Positions 10,621-19,869 of a stretch of DNA of 64,000 nucleotides are shown in pieces. Within the stretch, counting starts at the first letter, position 1; each line of letters starts with the position of its first letter. This stretch comes from Candidatus Latescibacterota bacterium. GTDB lineage: Bacteria; Latescibacterota; UBA2968; UBA8231. Position numbers and translations under genes: made by a program. Location of the stretch: positions 5,088,001 to 5,152,000 of the forward strand of contig CBDETY010000003.1 in the NCBI GenBank assembly GCA_965243025.1. The letters are read 5' to 3'. The notes below the pieces were generated by a model, which made no database searches, was not told the origin of the DNA, and saw only the letters and a list, made by a program, of their open reading frames with translations.

Positions 10621-13600
10621 ATGAAACGACATGACGGAATGCATCCCCGCATGCTCCTCGCGGGTCTCTGCAGCCTGGCGGTGCTCGCAGCTGCCCGGCA
10701 CGCCCCGGCTCAGGTGGAGACCCGGGGGGCGGAGGTCAGCAACGAGTTGATCAGCGTCAACAGCGCCTCCCACTGGGAGAACTGGTCGATTCCAACGCAC
10801 GCGGTCGACATCGTCGGCGACGCGGTCGTTCCGCACTACTTCCGAATGCGCTTCAACGTGCTGGAGGATTTCCGCACCTACCGGAGATCGATCGACGAGC
10901 TGACCTGGCCGGTCGACGACAAGTTCAGGGTCCACGGGGGGGTCGGGGCCTTCACGGCGGTGCCCAACGTGCAGCGCACCTTCTCCCTGGACGCCAACGG
11001 CGAAATGAAGCTGCGCAACGACCTCAACATGGAGAAGTATCTCGACGCAAACTTCCTCAAGTATCCGGGCAACGAGGCCCACCTCGTTATCGACGGGGTG
11101 CTCTTCGTCCTCGAGGACACGACGATGACCGCTGCCAAGGAAGGGGTCCTCACCTTGAGGAACGCCCGAACGGGCAGGACTTCGAGGATGGATTTCCAGA
11201 CCAAGGACAAGCTTCCCTTCCCCATCTACGAGTACTCCGTTCGCCAGGGGGTCAGCCGGCTCGGCTCCGGCAGCGTCGACCAGGGGGCCCTGTTCGACGG
11301 CGATCCCGGTACCTACTGGGAGCCGGACGCGAACGATCCCCTCGAGAAATGGTGGATCGAGATCGACCTGGGGAGGACGGTGCTCGTCGACGAGATCGTC
11401 CTGAAGTTCGCAGATGCCGGGAACGGAGATCCGTTTCGCCAGTTCAAGGTGCTCACCGAGCCCGGCCAGCAGCTGATTCTCGAAGAGGCAGGCGAGCTGG
11501 AATTCGCTGTCGTGGCGGGAACCGACGCCCCCAACGAAGACCAGCGGACCTTCAGTTTCGGGATGGAGGACACGCGGGACGCCGCTCCCGGCTGGGACGG
11601 CCGCATGGTCGAGACCATCCGCATCGTCGTCTTCGACACCAAGGGGTCCCGTCACACCAGGCTGGGATCCGAGGCCGAATGGCAGGACCTCGACCCGGCC
11701 GACCGCGGCGACATCGTCCATTTCGTCAGGGATCAGGGCGGCTTCGAGGAACCGGTCTCCCGGGAGGAGTACGACCAGCTGCCCGGCCAGCGGCAGGGCC
11801 GCAGGGATTTCTACCGGCGCGAGCGGCCCCGCCTGTCAGAAGTCGAGGTCTGGGGCCTGGGGGACAACATCGGCCCGGGAATCAAGCAGGGCGGCGGCAG
11901 CTTCGACGTCATCGGCGAAGGGGTCAGCTCCCCCATCGACGCCTTCGACGGGGACTACAACACCTATTTCTCGCAGCAGCTGCCGACCCCGACCCTGGCG
12001 CAGCGCGGCCTCATGGTCGCCGACCTCGGGGCGACCTTCTGGCTCGATCAGCTGCGCATCTCGGCGGTCTGGATCCGCAGCTACACCACGGTCTTCGACG
12101 GCTACATCCACCGCGGCTCCGACGGCACCAGTGACGCGCGCGGGCGGCTGAAATGGACGCGTCTCAGCTCCGCGGAGCGGGAGAAGAACCAGGCTCCCCA
12201 GTACCTGCAGATAAAGGACGAGTACCCCGAAGCCCCGAGAATCCGCTTCCTGGAGACACGCATCGTCAGCGAAAGGGATGCCTTCCGCACCTCCAGCGAG
12301 GGGGCGGGCATCGTCGAGTACCAGCTGTACACCCGGGCTTACCCGGCCGAAGTCGTCCTCGAGTCGGATCTGTTCGCCCTGCCGGGAACCCGCAACCTCG
12401 GCCGCATCTTCTGGGACGCCGACACTCCCCCGGGAACCGGCATAGAGGTGCGGACCCGCAGCGGCGATCTGCTCGGCAAGGTGGTCCGCTACTTCGACGA
12501 CGCCGGCAAGGAGATCAGCCTGACGGCCTGGAAGAGTCTGCGGCGGCCGCCTCCCCCGGACACCGTTTTCGTGCCGACTTCCGGCTGGAGTCCCTGGAGC
12601 AACGTCTACCAGGGATCCGGGGACCGCGTCACCTCTCCCGGCCTGCGCAAATACCTGCAGGCCCAGGTCGTGCTCACCACCGACGAGCGCGAGGCGGCTG
12701 CGCGCATCCGCTCGCTGGAGATAGAGCTGGTAGCTCCCGTCGGGGAACGCATCCTCGCGGAGGTCTGGCCCAGCGAGGTTCCCGATCCCGGGGTGGTCGA
12801 CACCTTCGAGGTGTACATACGGCCCAACTTCATCGAGGACCCGGCCCCGTCGCGAAGCCTGGGGTTCGACGAGATCCTGCTCGAGCTGGGCAGCGGCGGC
12901 ATCGAGCTTCTCGAGCTCGCGGTCGGCGCGGATCCGGCCTCCGGGACCGCGGATCAGACTTTCAGGCCGGTCGATGGAGTTTTCTCGGACCAGGAGGGAG
13001 CCGGCCTCGAGGTGCTGCGCAACGGCGCCGATTCGATCTGGGTGCGGTTTCCCGAACTGCAGACGAGCCGCGACGATGCCGAACCGGTTTACCATCGCAT
13101 CACCTCTGAAGGGGACGAGGTTCCGGTCGATCAGAACGGCGTCATGCTGACGGCTGCGGCCTATGGCCTGCTGAGCGGCGAAGAGCAGGGCGCCGTGCAG
13201 TACTTCCGTCTGGAGGCCGATGGCGGGCTGGCGGAAGTCGACCACCCCGACTACGCCGAACTCGATCCCTCCGAGCAGGGCCCGGTTCGCTACTTCCGGG
13301 TTCTGCAGGGAGACGGCTCGCAGTTTCCGTTTTCAGCGGGAGGCGACACCCTGACCTCGGCGGGCTACAGCAGTCTCGGAAGGGCCGAGCGGGGATCGGT
13401 CGTCGCCGAGGGCAACCTCATGCGCGTTACTTTCGCCGCCCCGGTGTACCGAAACGGCACGACCCTGGTGCTCGCCGCCCGCAACAGCGGGGGCGGCGCC
13501 GATCCGGAGGCGCCCTGGCAGACGATCGAGGCCGGCGACGCGACCCCGGCGTTCGACGGCAACACCTTGTCGATCGGCGTGCCCCTGGGTCTGGCGGCGC

Positions 13601-13920
13601 TCTCCGAGGTGGAGATAAGCCCGAATCCGTTTACCCCCAACGGCGACGGCATCAACGACGCAGCCCGGATCGGCCTTTCGGTCTTCAAGATAACCGCCGG
13701 CAGAGAGCTCGGGGTAAGCATCCACTCTCTCGACGGACGTCGCGTCTGGGAGGCGAAGCAGGTGGTATCCGGCGGAGCGCACACGATTCAATGGTCCGGG
13801 GTGGACAATGCCGGGAAGTCCGTGCCCCCGGGAATGTACATCTGCCGCATCGAGCTCGACGTCGATTCGAAGGACCGGGGAGAGGCCGCGGTGGCCCGCC
13901 TCATTTCGGTTGCCTATTGA
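10621..13920 (+). CDS. large secreted protein, discoidin-like domains plus C-terminal FlgD-Ig/type-B-CTD-like domain (paralog 2)
   Basis: Signal peptide; LFDGDPGTYWE..WIEIDLG and AFDGDYNTYF; C-terminus SPNPFTPNGDGIND...PPGMYICRI...ISVAY. Confidence 0.82.
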   Translation: MKRHDGMHPRMLLAGLCSLAVLAAARHAPAQVETRGAEVSNELISVNSASHWENWSIPTHAVDIVGDAVVPHYFRMRFNVLEDFRTYRRSIDELTWPVDDKFRVHGGVGAFTAVPNVQRTFSLDANGEMKLRNDLNMEKYLDANFLKYPGNEAHLVIDGVLFVLEDTTMTAAKEGVLTLRNARTGRTSRMDFQTKDKLPFPIYEYSVRQGVSRLGSGSVDQGALFDGDPGTYWEPDANDPLEKWWIEIDLGRTVLVDEIVLKFADAGNGDPFRQFKVLTEPGQQLILEEAGELEFAVVAGTDAPNEDQRTFSFGMEDTRDAAPGWDGRMVETIRIVVFDTKGSRHTRLGSEAEWQDLDPADRGDIVHFVRDQGGFEEPVSREEYDQLPGQRQGRRDFYRRERPRLSEVEVWGLGDNIGPGIKQGGGSFDVIGEGVSSPIDAFDGDYNTYFSQQLPTPTLAQRGLMVADLGATFWLDQLRISAVWIRSYTTVFDGYIHRGSDGTSDARGRLKWTRLSSAEREKNQAPQYLQIKDEYPEAPRIRFLETRIVSERDAFRTSSEGAGIVEYQLYTRAYPAEVVLESDLFALPGTRNLGRIFWDADTPPGTGIEVRTRSGDLLGKVVRYFDDAGKEISLTAWKSLRRPPPPDTVFVPTSGWSPWSNVYQGSGDRVTSPGLRKYLQAQVVLTTDEREAAARIRSLEIELVAPVGERILAEVWPSEVPDPGVVDTFEVYIRPNFIEDPAPSRSLGFDEILLELGSGGIELLELAVGADPASGTADQTFRPVDGVFSDQEGAGLEVLRNGADSIWVRFPELQTSRDDAEPVYHRITSEGDEVPVDQNGVMLTAAAYGLLSGEEQGAVQYFRLEADGGLAEVDHPDYAELDPSEQGPVRYFRVLQGDGSQFPFSAGGDTLTSAGYSSLGRAERGSVVAEGNLMRVTFAAPVYRNGTTLVLAARNSGGGADPEAPWQTIEAGDATPAFDGNTLSIGVPLGLAALSEVEISPNPFTPNGDGINDAARIGLSVFKITAGRELGVSIHSLDGRRVWEAKQVVSGGAHTIQWSGVDNAGKSVPPGMYICRIELDVDSKDRGEAAVARLISVAY

Positions 13921-13946
13921 GAGATCTCAACATCTGGGAGGGTGTC

Positions 13947-16640
13947 GTGAGAATAATCGGACGACCAGCAGCAACCATCCTCGTCGCCGCGGCGCTGGCA
14001 GCGACAACCTCGTCTGCCGCCGCCCAGGAGTACGGGTCACGGCTGGGCAACGTTCGGCGGGGAGGCGAAGTCTCATTCGATCCGCGCGGCCCCGGGGTCC
14101 TGTTCGGAGCCCTCGACCCGGCGATGAAGAAGTGGTACGTGTCCCAGGAGCTGTATGCCGAGTACGCCTGGAAACAGTGGGAATACTCGAACTACGCCCG
14201 CAGGCACTTCGCCCGTTATGTCGATATCGCCCTGGAAGGGGACTATTACTACGACCTCTACGGGAACTTCGTCACTCACGGCTGGCTCATCTTCAACAAT
14301 TCGCAGAGCCAGCCCCAGCAGTTCGGCAGCTCGGTGCTCAAGGCCAACCGTTTCGACGGGTGGTTCAGCGGGGCGGTGATTTCCGCGGACGCCAAGGGGC
14401 AGTACCAGTACGCGCTGACGATCAGCAACCAGCTGCGGACGACGCTGACCCCGATGACCTTCTCCAAACCCAGGTGGGACGGGGTCCAGTTCGACTGGGC
14501 TTCCGACAAGTACATGGGAACGGTCGTCTATTCGCGCATCAGCTCCCCGGGAGGCAGCTCGACGCTCGACCTGGAACGGCTGGCAACGAACGCCACCTCC
14601 CTGTTCGGCGGCCGGGTGGAAGGCCAGGTCGGCGATTTCGCCACCGTCGGCCTCACCTACGTGAACTCGCACCAGTCAAACACCCTGCGCGACGGTTTCA
14701 GCGGCGACCCCTTCTCCGGGGAGCTGACCATCGATCAGAACAAAACCGTCAGCTTCATCGAGATCGTGCTGCGCGACGACTCTCCCGAGGACGGCAAGGG
14801 AGGGGCGGCCTACTTTCCGGCCGGCTCGGACATCATCATCACCTACTCCGGGCGGGACGCGGAGGGCAGGAAGCTCCGGGACGAAGGCCAGAAGATCCGC
14901 TTCGAACCGATTGTGGAGGGCGGGTTCATCGAAGAGGGATACCTCGCCGCCGACGGCGCCGAGGAGATCCGCCTTCGCTACGACTTCAACAACCCCGATT
15001 TCGTCAATCGTTCGAGCGCCCCGAAGGAGGAGATCGAAAAGGTCGAATTCCGCCTGGTTCTGGGGAACGACTACCAGATCTGGATCACCTCCAGCCAGCA
15101 GGTTAGCCAGTCCGGGGACGCGGTTCTGCTGCCCGTAACCCGGGCCGAGGGCAACGTGCAGGACAACACCAACCTGCGCGTGGTCAGCTTCGAATACGGC
15201 CTGCCGACGGCGACGCAGATTCTCGGGGGGACTCTGGAGCTGTCGGACGTGGCGGGTTTCGACGTCTTCGCCGAGTACGACCTGAGCTACTCCTTCACGA
15301 AGTATCCCAATATCGCCAGCGAAAGCCACTCTACCTCCTCGGGCTTCAAAGGGGCGCGGGCGGCGCCGGCTTGGATGATCAACGCCTCGCGGAGCAACTA
15401 TCCCTGGTTCCTGTTCGGGGAGGTTTACAGCATGAACCCGCGCTACAACACCCGAACGTTCGCCACCTCCACGGATGGCTTCATCGGTTACGACGACACC
15501 CGGTTGTACGCGGTGGAGCTGGTCGAAGACAACGACGACCAGGATCGCTTCCCCGATACGAGACGCAGGGACTCTCTGGCGGGGGACCGCGAGGTGTTTC
15601 CTGGATGGGACGAAAACAACGACTTCATTTCCGACTTCAACCAGAACGACAACGCGGTGATAACCAACTCGGTACCGGACTACGAGGAGTCGTTCCTGCG
15701 GCACAACGTCGACCGTCCGGAGTTCCTCTTCGGTATCGATCTCAACAACAACCTGTGGGTCGACCGTTTCGAGAACGACGAGGATCCGGATTACCCCTAC
15801 CGCAAGGATCACGAAGGGTTCAACCTCTACGCCGGGACGCACCTTACCCCCGACACCCGCTTGACTGCAGGCCTCCTGCGCGAAGACCTGATCTCCTCCG
15901 ACCAGAAAAACCACGTCGACTACCTGATGTTCACCCTGGACCGCGACATTCCCGTCTGGGGGCGTTTCAGGGTTTTCGACATGCTCAAGTCGGTGAGGGA
16001 CGACATACCCAACGACCTCCTGCAGTGGCTGCCGAACGCCAACCTGAAAACCGGGGAAGGGACCTCCATCGTCGATCCCCTGGTGGCCCCCGACACTTGG
16101 ACCAACAGTTTCTGGGCCGGTCACGACTATCGGATCGCCGGGTTGTCGACGAGCAACTACCTGAAGTGGGATTACTACAACCAGCGCAAGGACGAGGTGG
16201 AGCTCGACCTCCTGGGGCTGAGGGCGAAGGATTACTTCTTCGGCCTGATCAACAAGGCCAGCTACCGGTTCGACCTCGGCGTCCTCTGGTTCGAGCCGAG
16301 GTGGAAGAGCGAATACCGGCGGCAAACCCTGGGTCTTGCGACATCCAACCGGGAGAAAAGGGTGGAGCTGGCGCAGGTCGGCGGGCTCATCGCCGGGCTT
16401 TCACTGCTGACGCATACCTTCGTTCAGGGGGGGATCGAGTTCACCTTCCTCAACGACTTCGAGGGTGACGCCGATATGAACGGCACCGCCACCGCCCTGC
16501 AGCTGACCAACATCTCCGACTACCTGGGTTACAAGCTCACTACCCAGGCAGGCATCAAGATCGACTACCTCGACCGCAAGGGGCGCGACCCCACGACGCT
16601 GGCCAAGAGCTTCATCACCGTGTACGCCGGCCTGGAGTAG
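13947..16640 (+). CDS. exported hypothetical protein, probable outer-membrane beta-barrel with acidic Ca-binding-like loops
   Basis: GTG at 13947 after GGAGG; signal peptide ending AAAQ; alternating hydrophobic/aromatic strands at the C-terminus (..FITVYAGLE); D/N-rich motifs. The barrel call is inference. Confidence 0.6.
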   Translation: MRIIGRPAATILVAAALAATTSSAAAQEYGSRLGNVRRGGEVSFDPRGPGVLFGALDPAMKKWYVSQELYAEYAWKQWEYSNYARRHFARYVDIALEGDYYYDLYGNFVTHGWLIFNNSQSQPQQFGSSVLKANRFDGWFSGAVISADAKGQYQYALTISNQLRTTLTPMTFSKPRWDGVQFDWASDKYMGTVVYSRISSPGGSSTLDLERLATNATSLFGGRVEGQVGDFATVGLTYVNSHQSNTLRDGFSGDPFSGELTIDQNKTVSFIEIVLRDDSPEDGKGGAAYFPAGSDIIITYSGRDAEGRKLRDEGQKIRFEPIVEGGFIEEGYLAADGAEEIRLRYDFNNPDFVNRSSAPKEEIEKVEFRLVLGNDYQIWITSSQQVSQSGDAVLLPVTRAEGNVQDNTNLRVVSFEYGLPTATQILGGTLELSDVAGFDVFAEYDLSYSFTKYPNIASESHSTSSGFKGARAAPAWMINASRSNYPWFLFGEVYSMNPRYNTRTFATSTDGFIGYDDTRLYAVELVEDNDDQDRFPDTRRRDSLAGDREVFPGWDENNDFISDFNQNDNAVITNSVPDYEESFLRHNVDRPEFLFGIDLNNNLWVDRFENDEDPDYPYRKDHEGFNLYAGTHLTPDTRLTAGLLREDLISSDQKNHVDYLMFTLDRDIPVWGRFRVFDMLKSVRDDIPNDLLQWLPNANLKTGEGTSIVDPLVAPDTWTNSFWAGHDYRIAGLSTSNYLKWDYYNQRKDEVELDLLGLRAKDYFFGLINKASYRFDLGVLWFEPRWKSEYRRQTLGLATSNREKRVELAQVGGLIAGLSLLTHTFVQGGIEFTFLNDFEGDADMNGTATALQLTNISDYLGYKLTTQAGIKIDYLDRKGRDPTTLAKSFITVYAGLE

Positions 16641-16650
16641 CGGGTGCTGC

Positions 16651-18654
16651 TTGCCTGAAGTCACCGTCGGCTCGCAGGAGGCTGTTTCCAGGCGGCCGGG
16701 GATTTTCGGGAAGTTGCTGCCGCGGGTGGTGGAATCCCCCCTCCACGGCATGCTCCTGGTTCTGGCGCTGGCAGCGGCGGTGCGCGTCGTCCACCTGCAC
16801 CAGGCGAGCTCGGACCCGCTGTTCGATTACCCGGTCGGGGCGGCCCGTTCGTACGCCGCCGCCGCAGGAACGGCCCCCCATGTCGGCGAATCTGCCACCG
16901 CTCGGGCGCCGGCGGGGCCCTTGATCGAAGTTTCTCCCTACGCCCGTTTCTACGCCTTCTCCCTCGCTGCAACCGGCGGCGACCATACCCCGGTTCTGAT
17001 TGCCAACCACGCCGCCGGCGTCGCCGCCTGCCTGCTGGTCTACGGCATCGCCTCGGCCCTGTTCACCCCGCCGGTCGCCCTGGCCGCCGGCCTCGGCGCC
17101 GCTTTCCACGGGCCGCTCATCCATTTCGGGGCCGAGCTGACGCCCGTCGCCTGGGTCGCTTTCCTGGTCCTGTTGCTCGCGTACGCGATGGTCCGGCCGG
17201 ACCGGACCGGGGTGCGCATGGCAGCCGCAGCGGCGCTTGCCTTCATCGTGCTGACAGAAGCCGTTGCCTGGCAGGCACCGCAGATTCCCGACTCTCCGGG
17301 GCGGTTCCTCACCAACATCTTCTACCTGCTGCAAGGGGTGGAACTGCTGCCGGACCTCGATCCCTACCGGGACGGGACCGGTGCCGCGTCGGTGCTTCTC
17401 TGGCACCGGGGACTGGCTTTCCCGATGGGGGTGGTCATGCCCCTCGGCGCGATCGGTCTTCTCGGCTGTGTGCGCTCGCAACACCGCGCCGGGGAGATGT
17501 CCGGCATTGTTGTGCTCCTGGGACTGCACCTGCTGGCGCTGGCCGCGCTCGCCCCCGATGGGCGGCATCGACTGCCCCTGGCCCTGCTCCTGCTTCCGTT
17601 TGCCGCCTGGGCACTGCTGCGGGGGTTCCCCGCCCCCGGCCGTCGCTGGCGGGCGCTCCTGTTCCTGGTCCTCCTTCTGGCGGCCAACGCCGGTCTGGCG
17701 GCTCCTTCCCACTTGGGCGGGAAGCGGCAGCACGACTACTGGACCGGAGTGGCCTATGCGGAAAAACGGATGTATTCCCATGCCAGGGAGGCTTTCGACC
17801 GGATCCTCGCGAGGGAGCCGAGCCATGGGGGCGCCCTTCTTGCCAGCGCCCGCCTCGCCAGGCGTGACGGACAGATCGACCGCGCCTTGCTGCTGTACGA
17901 CGCCTTTCTCAAGGAAAATCCCGGCCCTTCCGAGATCCTTTACGAGATGGGAAAAACCTTTGCCGCCGCGGACCGGTTCGACGAGGCCGTCGGCGTTTTC
18001 GAAAGAGCCCGAGCCGCTGGTGATTCATCCATTTTCCTCCTCGGCGCCCTGGGCCACGCCCGTTACATGGGGGGCGATACCGACGGAGCCGCCGCCGCCT
18101 ACCTCGCCGCCGTTCAGGCCAAGCCCGATTCGATTGCTCTCAGGTACCGCCTGGCCCATGCGTACGAAGCAGGGCAGCGGATCGATCGAGCGATCGAGCA
18201 GTATCGTCTGCTTCTGGAAGGGAGCCCCGCAAGGGCCGAGTTCCACGCTCGGCTGGGGGAGTTGCTCCTGTTCAGGGAGGAGTCGCGCGAAGGGTCGATC
18301 TACCTGGAGCGGAATGAAACCACCAGCGAGGCGGAGGAGCACCTTCGCGCCGCGGTTTCCCTGCAGCCAGAACTGGAACCCGCCCACCGTTCCCTGGCGA
18401 TGCTGCTGTCGAAGCAGAGACGCTACGATGAGGCGATCGCCCAGTTCGAGCGTTTGCGCGAGTTGAACCCGAACGAACCGGAGCTGCAGCGGCTTATCGC
18501 CAACCTGCATGAGCGGGCAGGAAATCCCGGCGAGGCCTCCCGGCAGTTCGACCTCTTCAGACGGATGCACAGAGAGATGGAGATCCAGAGGAGGGCCGAG
18601 GAAAAAGCGCGGGAGCTCGCCGGTGAGATATGGGCAAAGCCAACCTCGCCATAA
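16651..18654 (+). CDS. GT-C (ArnT/PMT-like) membrane protein with C-terminal TPR repeats
   Basis: Many hydrophobic segments in the N-terminal half (DPLF, RHRLPL motifs), followed by multiple TPR units. Confidence 0.65.
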   Translation: MPEVTVGSQEAVSRRPGIFGKLLPRVVESPLHGMLLVLALAAAVRVVHLHQASSDPLFDYPVGAARSYAAAAGTAPHVGESATARAPAGPLIEVSPYARFYAFSLAATGGDHTPVLIANHAAGVAACLLVYGIASALFTPPVALAAGLGAAFHGPLIHFGAELTPVAWVAFLVLLLAYAMVRPDRTGVRMAAAAALAFIVLTEAVAWQAPQIPDSPGRFLTNIFYLLQGVELLPDLDPYRDGTGAASVLLWHRGLAFPMGVVMPLGAIGLLGCVRSQHRAGEMSGIVVLLGLHLLALAALAPDGRHRLPLALLLLPFAAWALLRGFPAPGRRWRALLFLVLLLAANAGLAAPSHLGGKRQHDYWTGVAYAEKRMYSHAREAFDRILAREPSHGGALLASARLARRDGQIDRALLLYDAFLKENPGPSEILYEMGKTFAAADRFDEAVGVFERARAAGDSSIFLLGALGHARYMGGDTDGAAAAYLAAVQAKPDSIALRYRLAHAYEAGQRIDRAIEQYRLLLEGSPARAEFHARLGELLLFREESREGSIYLERNETTSEAEEHLRAAVSLQPELEPAHRSLAMLLSKQRRYDEAIAQFERLRELNPNEPELQRLIANLHERAGNPGEASRQFDLFRRMHREMEIQRRAEEKARELAGEIWAKPTSP

Positions 18655-18829
18655 GCACCGAACTGTCTGAATCCCACCGACTTGGACGAATTGGGCGGCA
18701 GCGGGTCAGGGGGAAATTCCCTTGACTTCCCAGTGCTGTTGCCACTCTTTATTAACCTTCGGTCGCGGGGATTCGCGGACGCGACATTCTTTCGCTGGTA
18801 CTCTCACCGTATCCAAGGAGGATCGCAGA

Positions 18830-19711
18830 GTGCAAAAATTCACTATCGCAGCCATAGCGGGCCTGGTTGTCGTTGGACTGGTCGGCATGGCAGGAGCGCA
18901 CAAACCGGAAGGGGAGAAGTATTTCGCCTTTCAGTTCGAAGACGGAGCGGTGCCGGTGATCGACGGGGATCTGTCCGACTGGGCTTTCGTCCCCGACTTC
19001 TACCGGATCACTCAGGACAAGCTGTTTTCGCCGAACAAGGGGATTCGCGACGTCGGCCGCGGCGAATTCGATCCGAGCGATGTCTTCAACACGCACACCT
19101 TCGGCTTCAACCCCAACGACGAGTTCCTCTACGTCTCGACCTCGCAGTACGACAACTACCACAACGCCGACCGCGAAGCGCCGAACTCGCTGTGGACGGA
19201 CGATGACTGGGAGGTCCGCATCAACCCCACCGCCCTTCCCGAAGACCAGCACAACCTCGAAGGTGAGCCGGTCAATTACATCATCTATGTTCACGCGGTT
19301 CCCGCGGTTCAGGATGTGTACGAGGTCATTCTTCCGGGACCGGATTTCCTGCTGGACGGCAACGGCCACCTGGAGTTCGGCTGGAGCTGGGAGGGCGAGA
19401 TGCTGGACGGGGAAACGACCTATTTCCTCGAGATGAAGCTCAACCCCGTGGTCGCTCTCGGAGAAACCGAGGGAGAAACCGTATGGATGGATATCGAGGA
19501 GGGTGACGAAATCCACATGAACGTCACTCATGCCGACCTCGATGCTCCTCACCCGGCGACTTACAACGGTTTCTGGGCGATTTCCCCCGGTCCTTCGAAC
19601 AATCCGGAGGTCGATCTGGTCATGGACGAGATCGACGACAGTGTCGACCAGATGGCAACCGCCGTCGAAGAAACGAGCTGGGGCCTGATCAAGGAGGGGC
19701 TTTCCAAGTAG
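18830..19711 (+). CDS. secreted CBM9/DOMON-like protein with short C-terminal AVEETSWGLIK tail
   Basis: GTG at 18830 after AAGGAGG; signal peptide; PVIDGDLSDW; ends TAVEETSWGLIKEGLSK. Confidence 0.72.
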   Translation: MQKFTIAAIAGLVVVGLVGMAGAHKPEGEKYFAFQFEDGAVPVIDGDLSDWAFVPDFYRITQDKLFSPNKGIRDVGRGEFDPSDVFNTHTFGFNPNDEFLYVSTSQYDNYHNADREAPNSLWTDDDWEVRINPTALPEDQHNLEGEPVNYIIYVHAVPAVQDVYEVILPGPDFLLDGNGHLEFGWSWEGEMLDGETTYFLEMKLNPVVALGETEGETVWMDIEEGDEIHMNVTHADLDAPHPATYNGFWAISPGPSNNPEVDLVMDEIDDSVDQMATAVEETSWGLIKEGLSK

Positions 19712-19770
19712 CAGCAGAGACCCATCTCCCGCACGGCGCGGGAACGTCTCCTGAGGCAGAAAGGGTTTCG

Positions 19771-19813
19771 AGCCCCCGGGTGTCGCACCTGACCCCGGGG
19801 GCTTTCTGTTTTT
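19771..19813 (+). terminator. intrinsic terminator
   Basis: Perfect 10-bp stem AGCCCCCGGG/CCCGGGGGCT followed by TTCTGTTTTT, between convergent genes. Confidence 0.8.
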
Positions 19814-19869
19814 GTGGGGCGACGGGCAGGCGGGAGCTGTCGGCCGGGACTTCGGGCGCGCCCCCGCTT

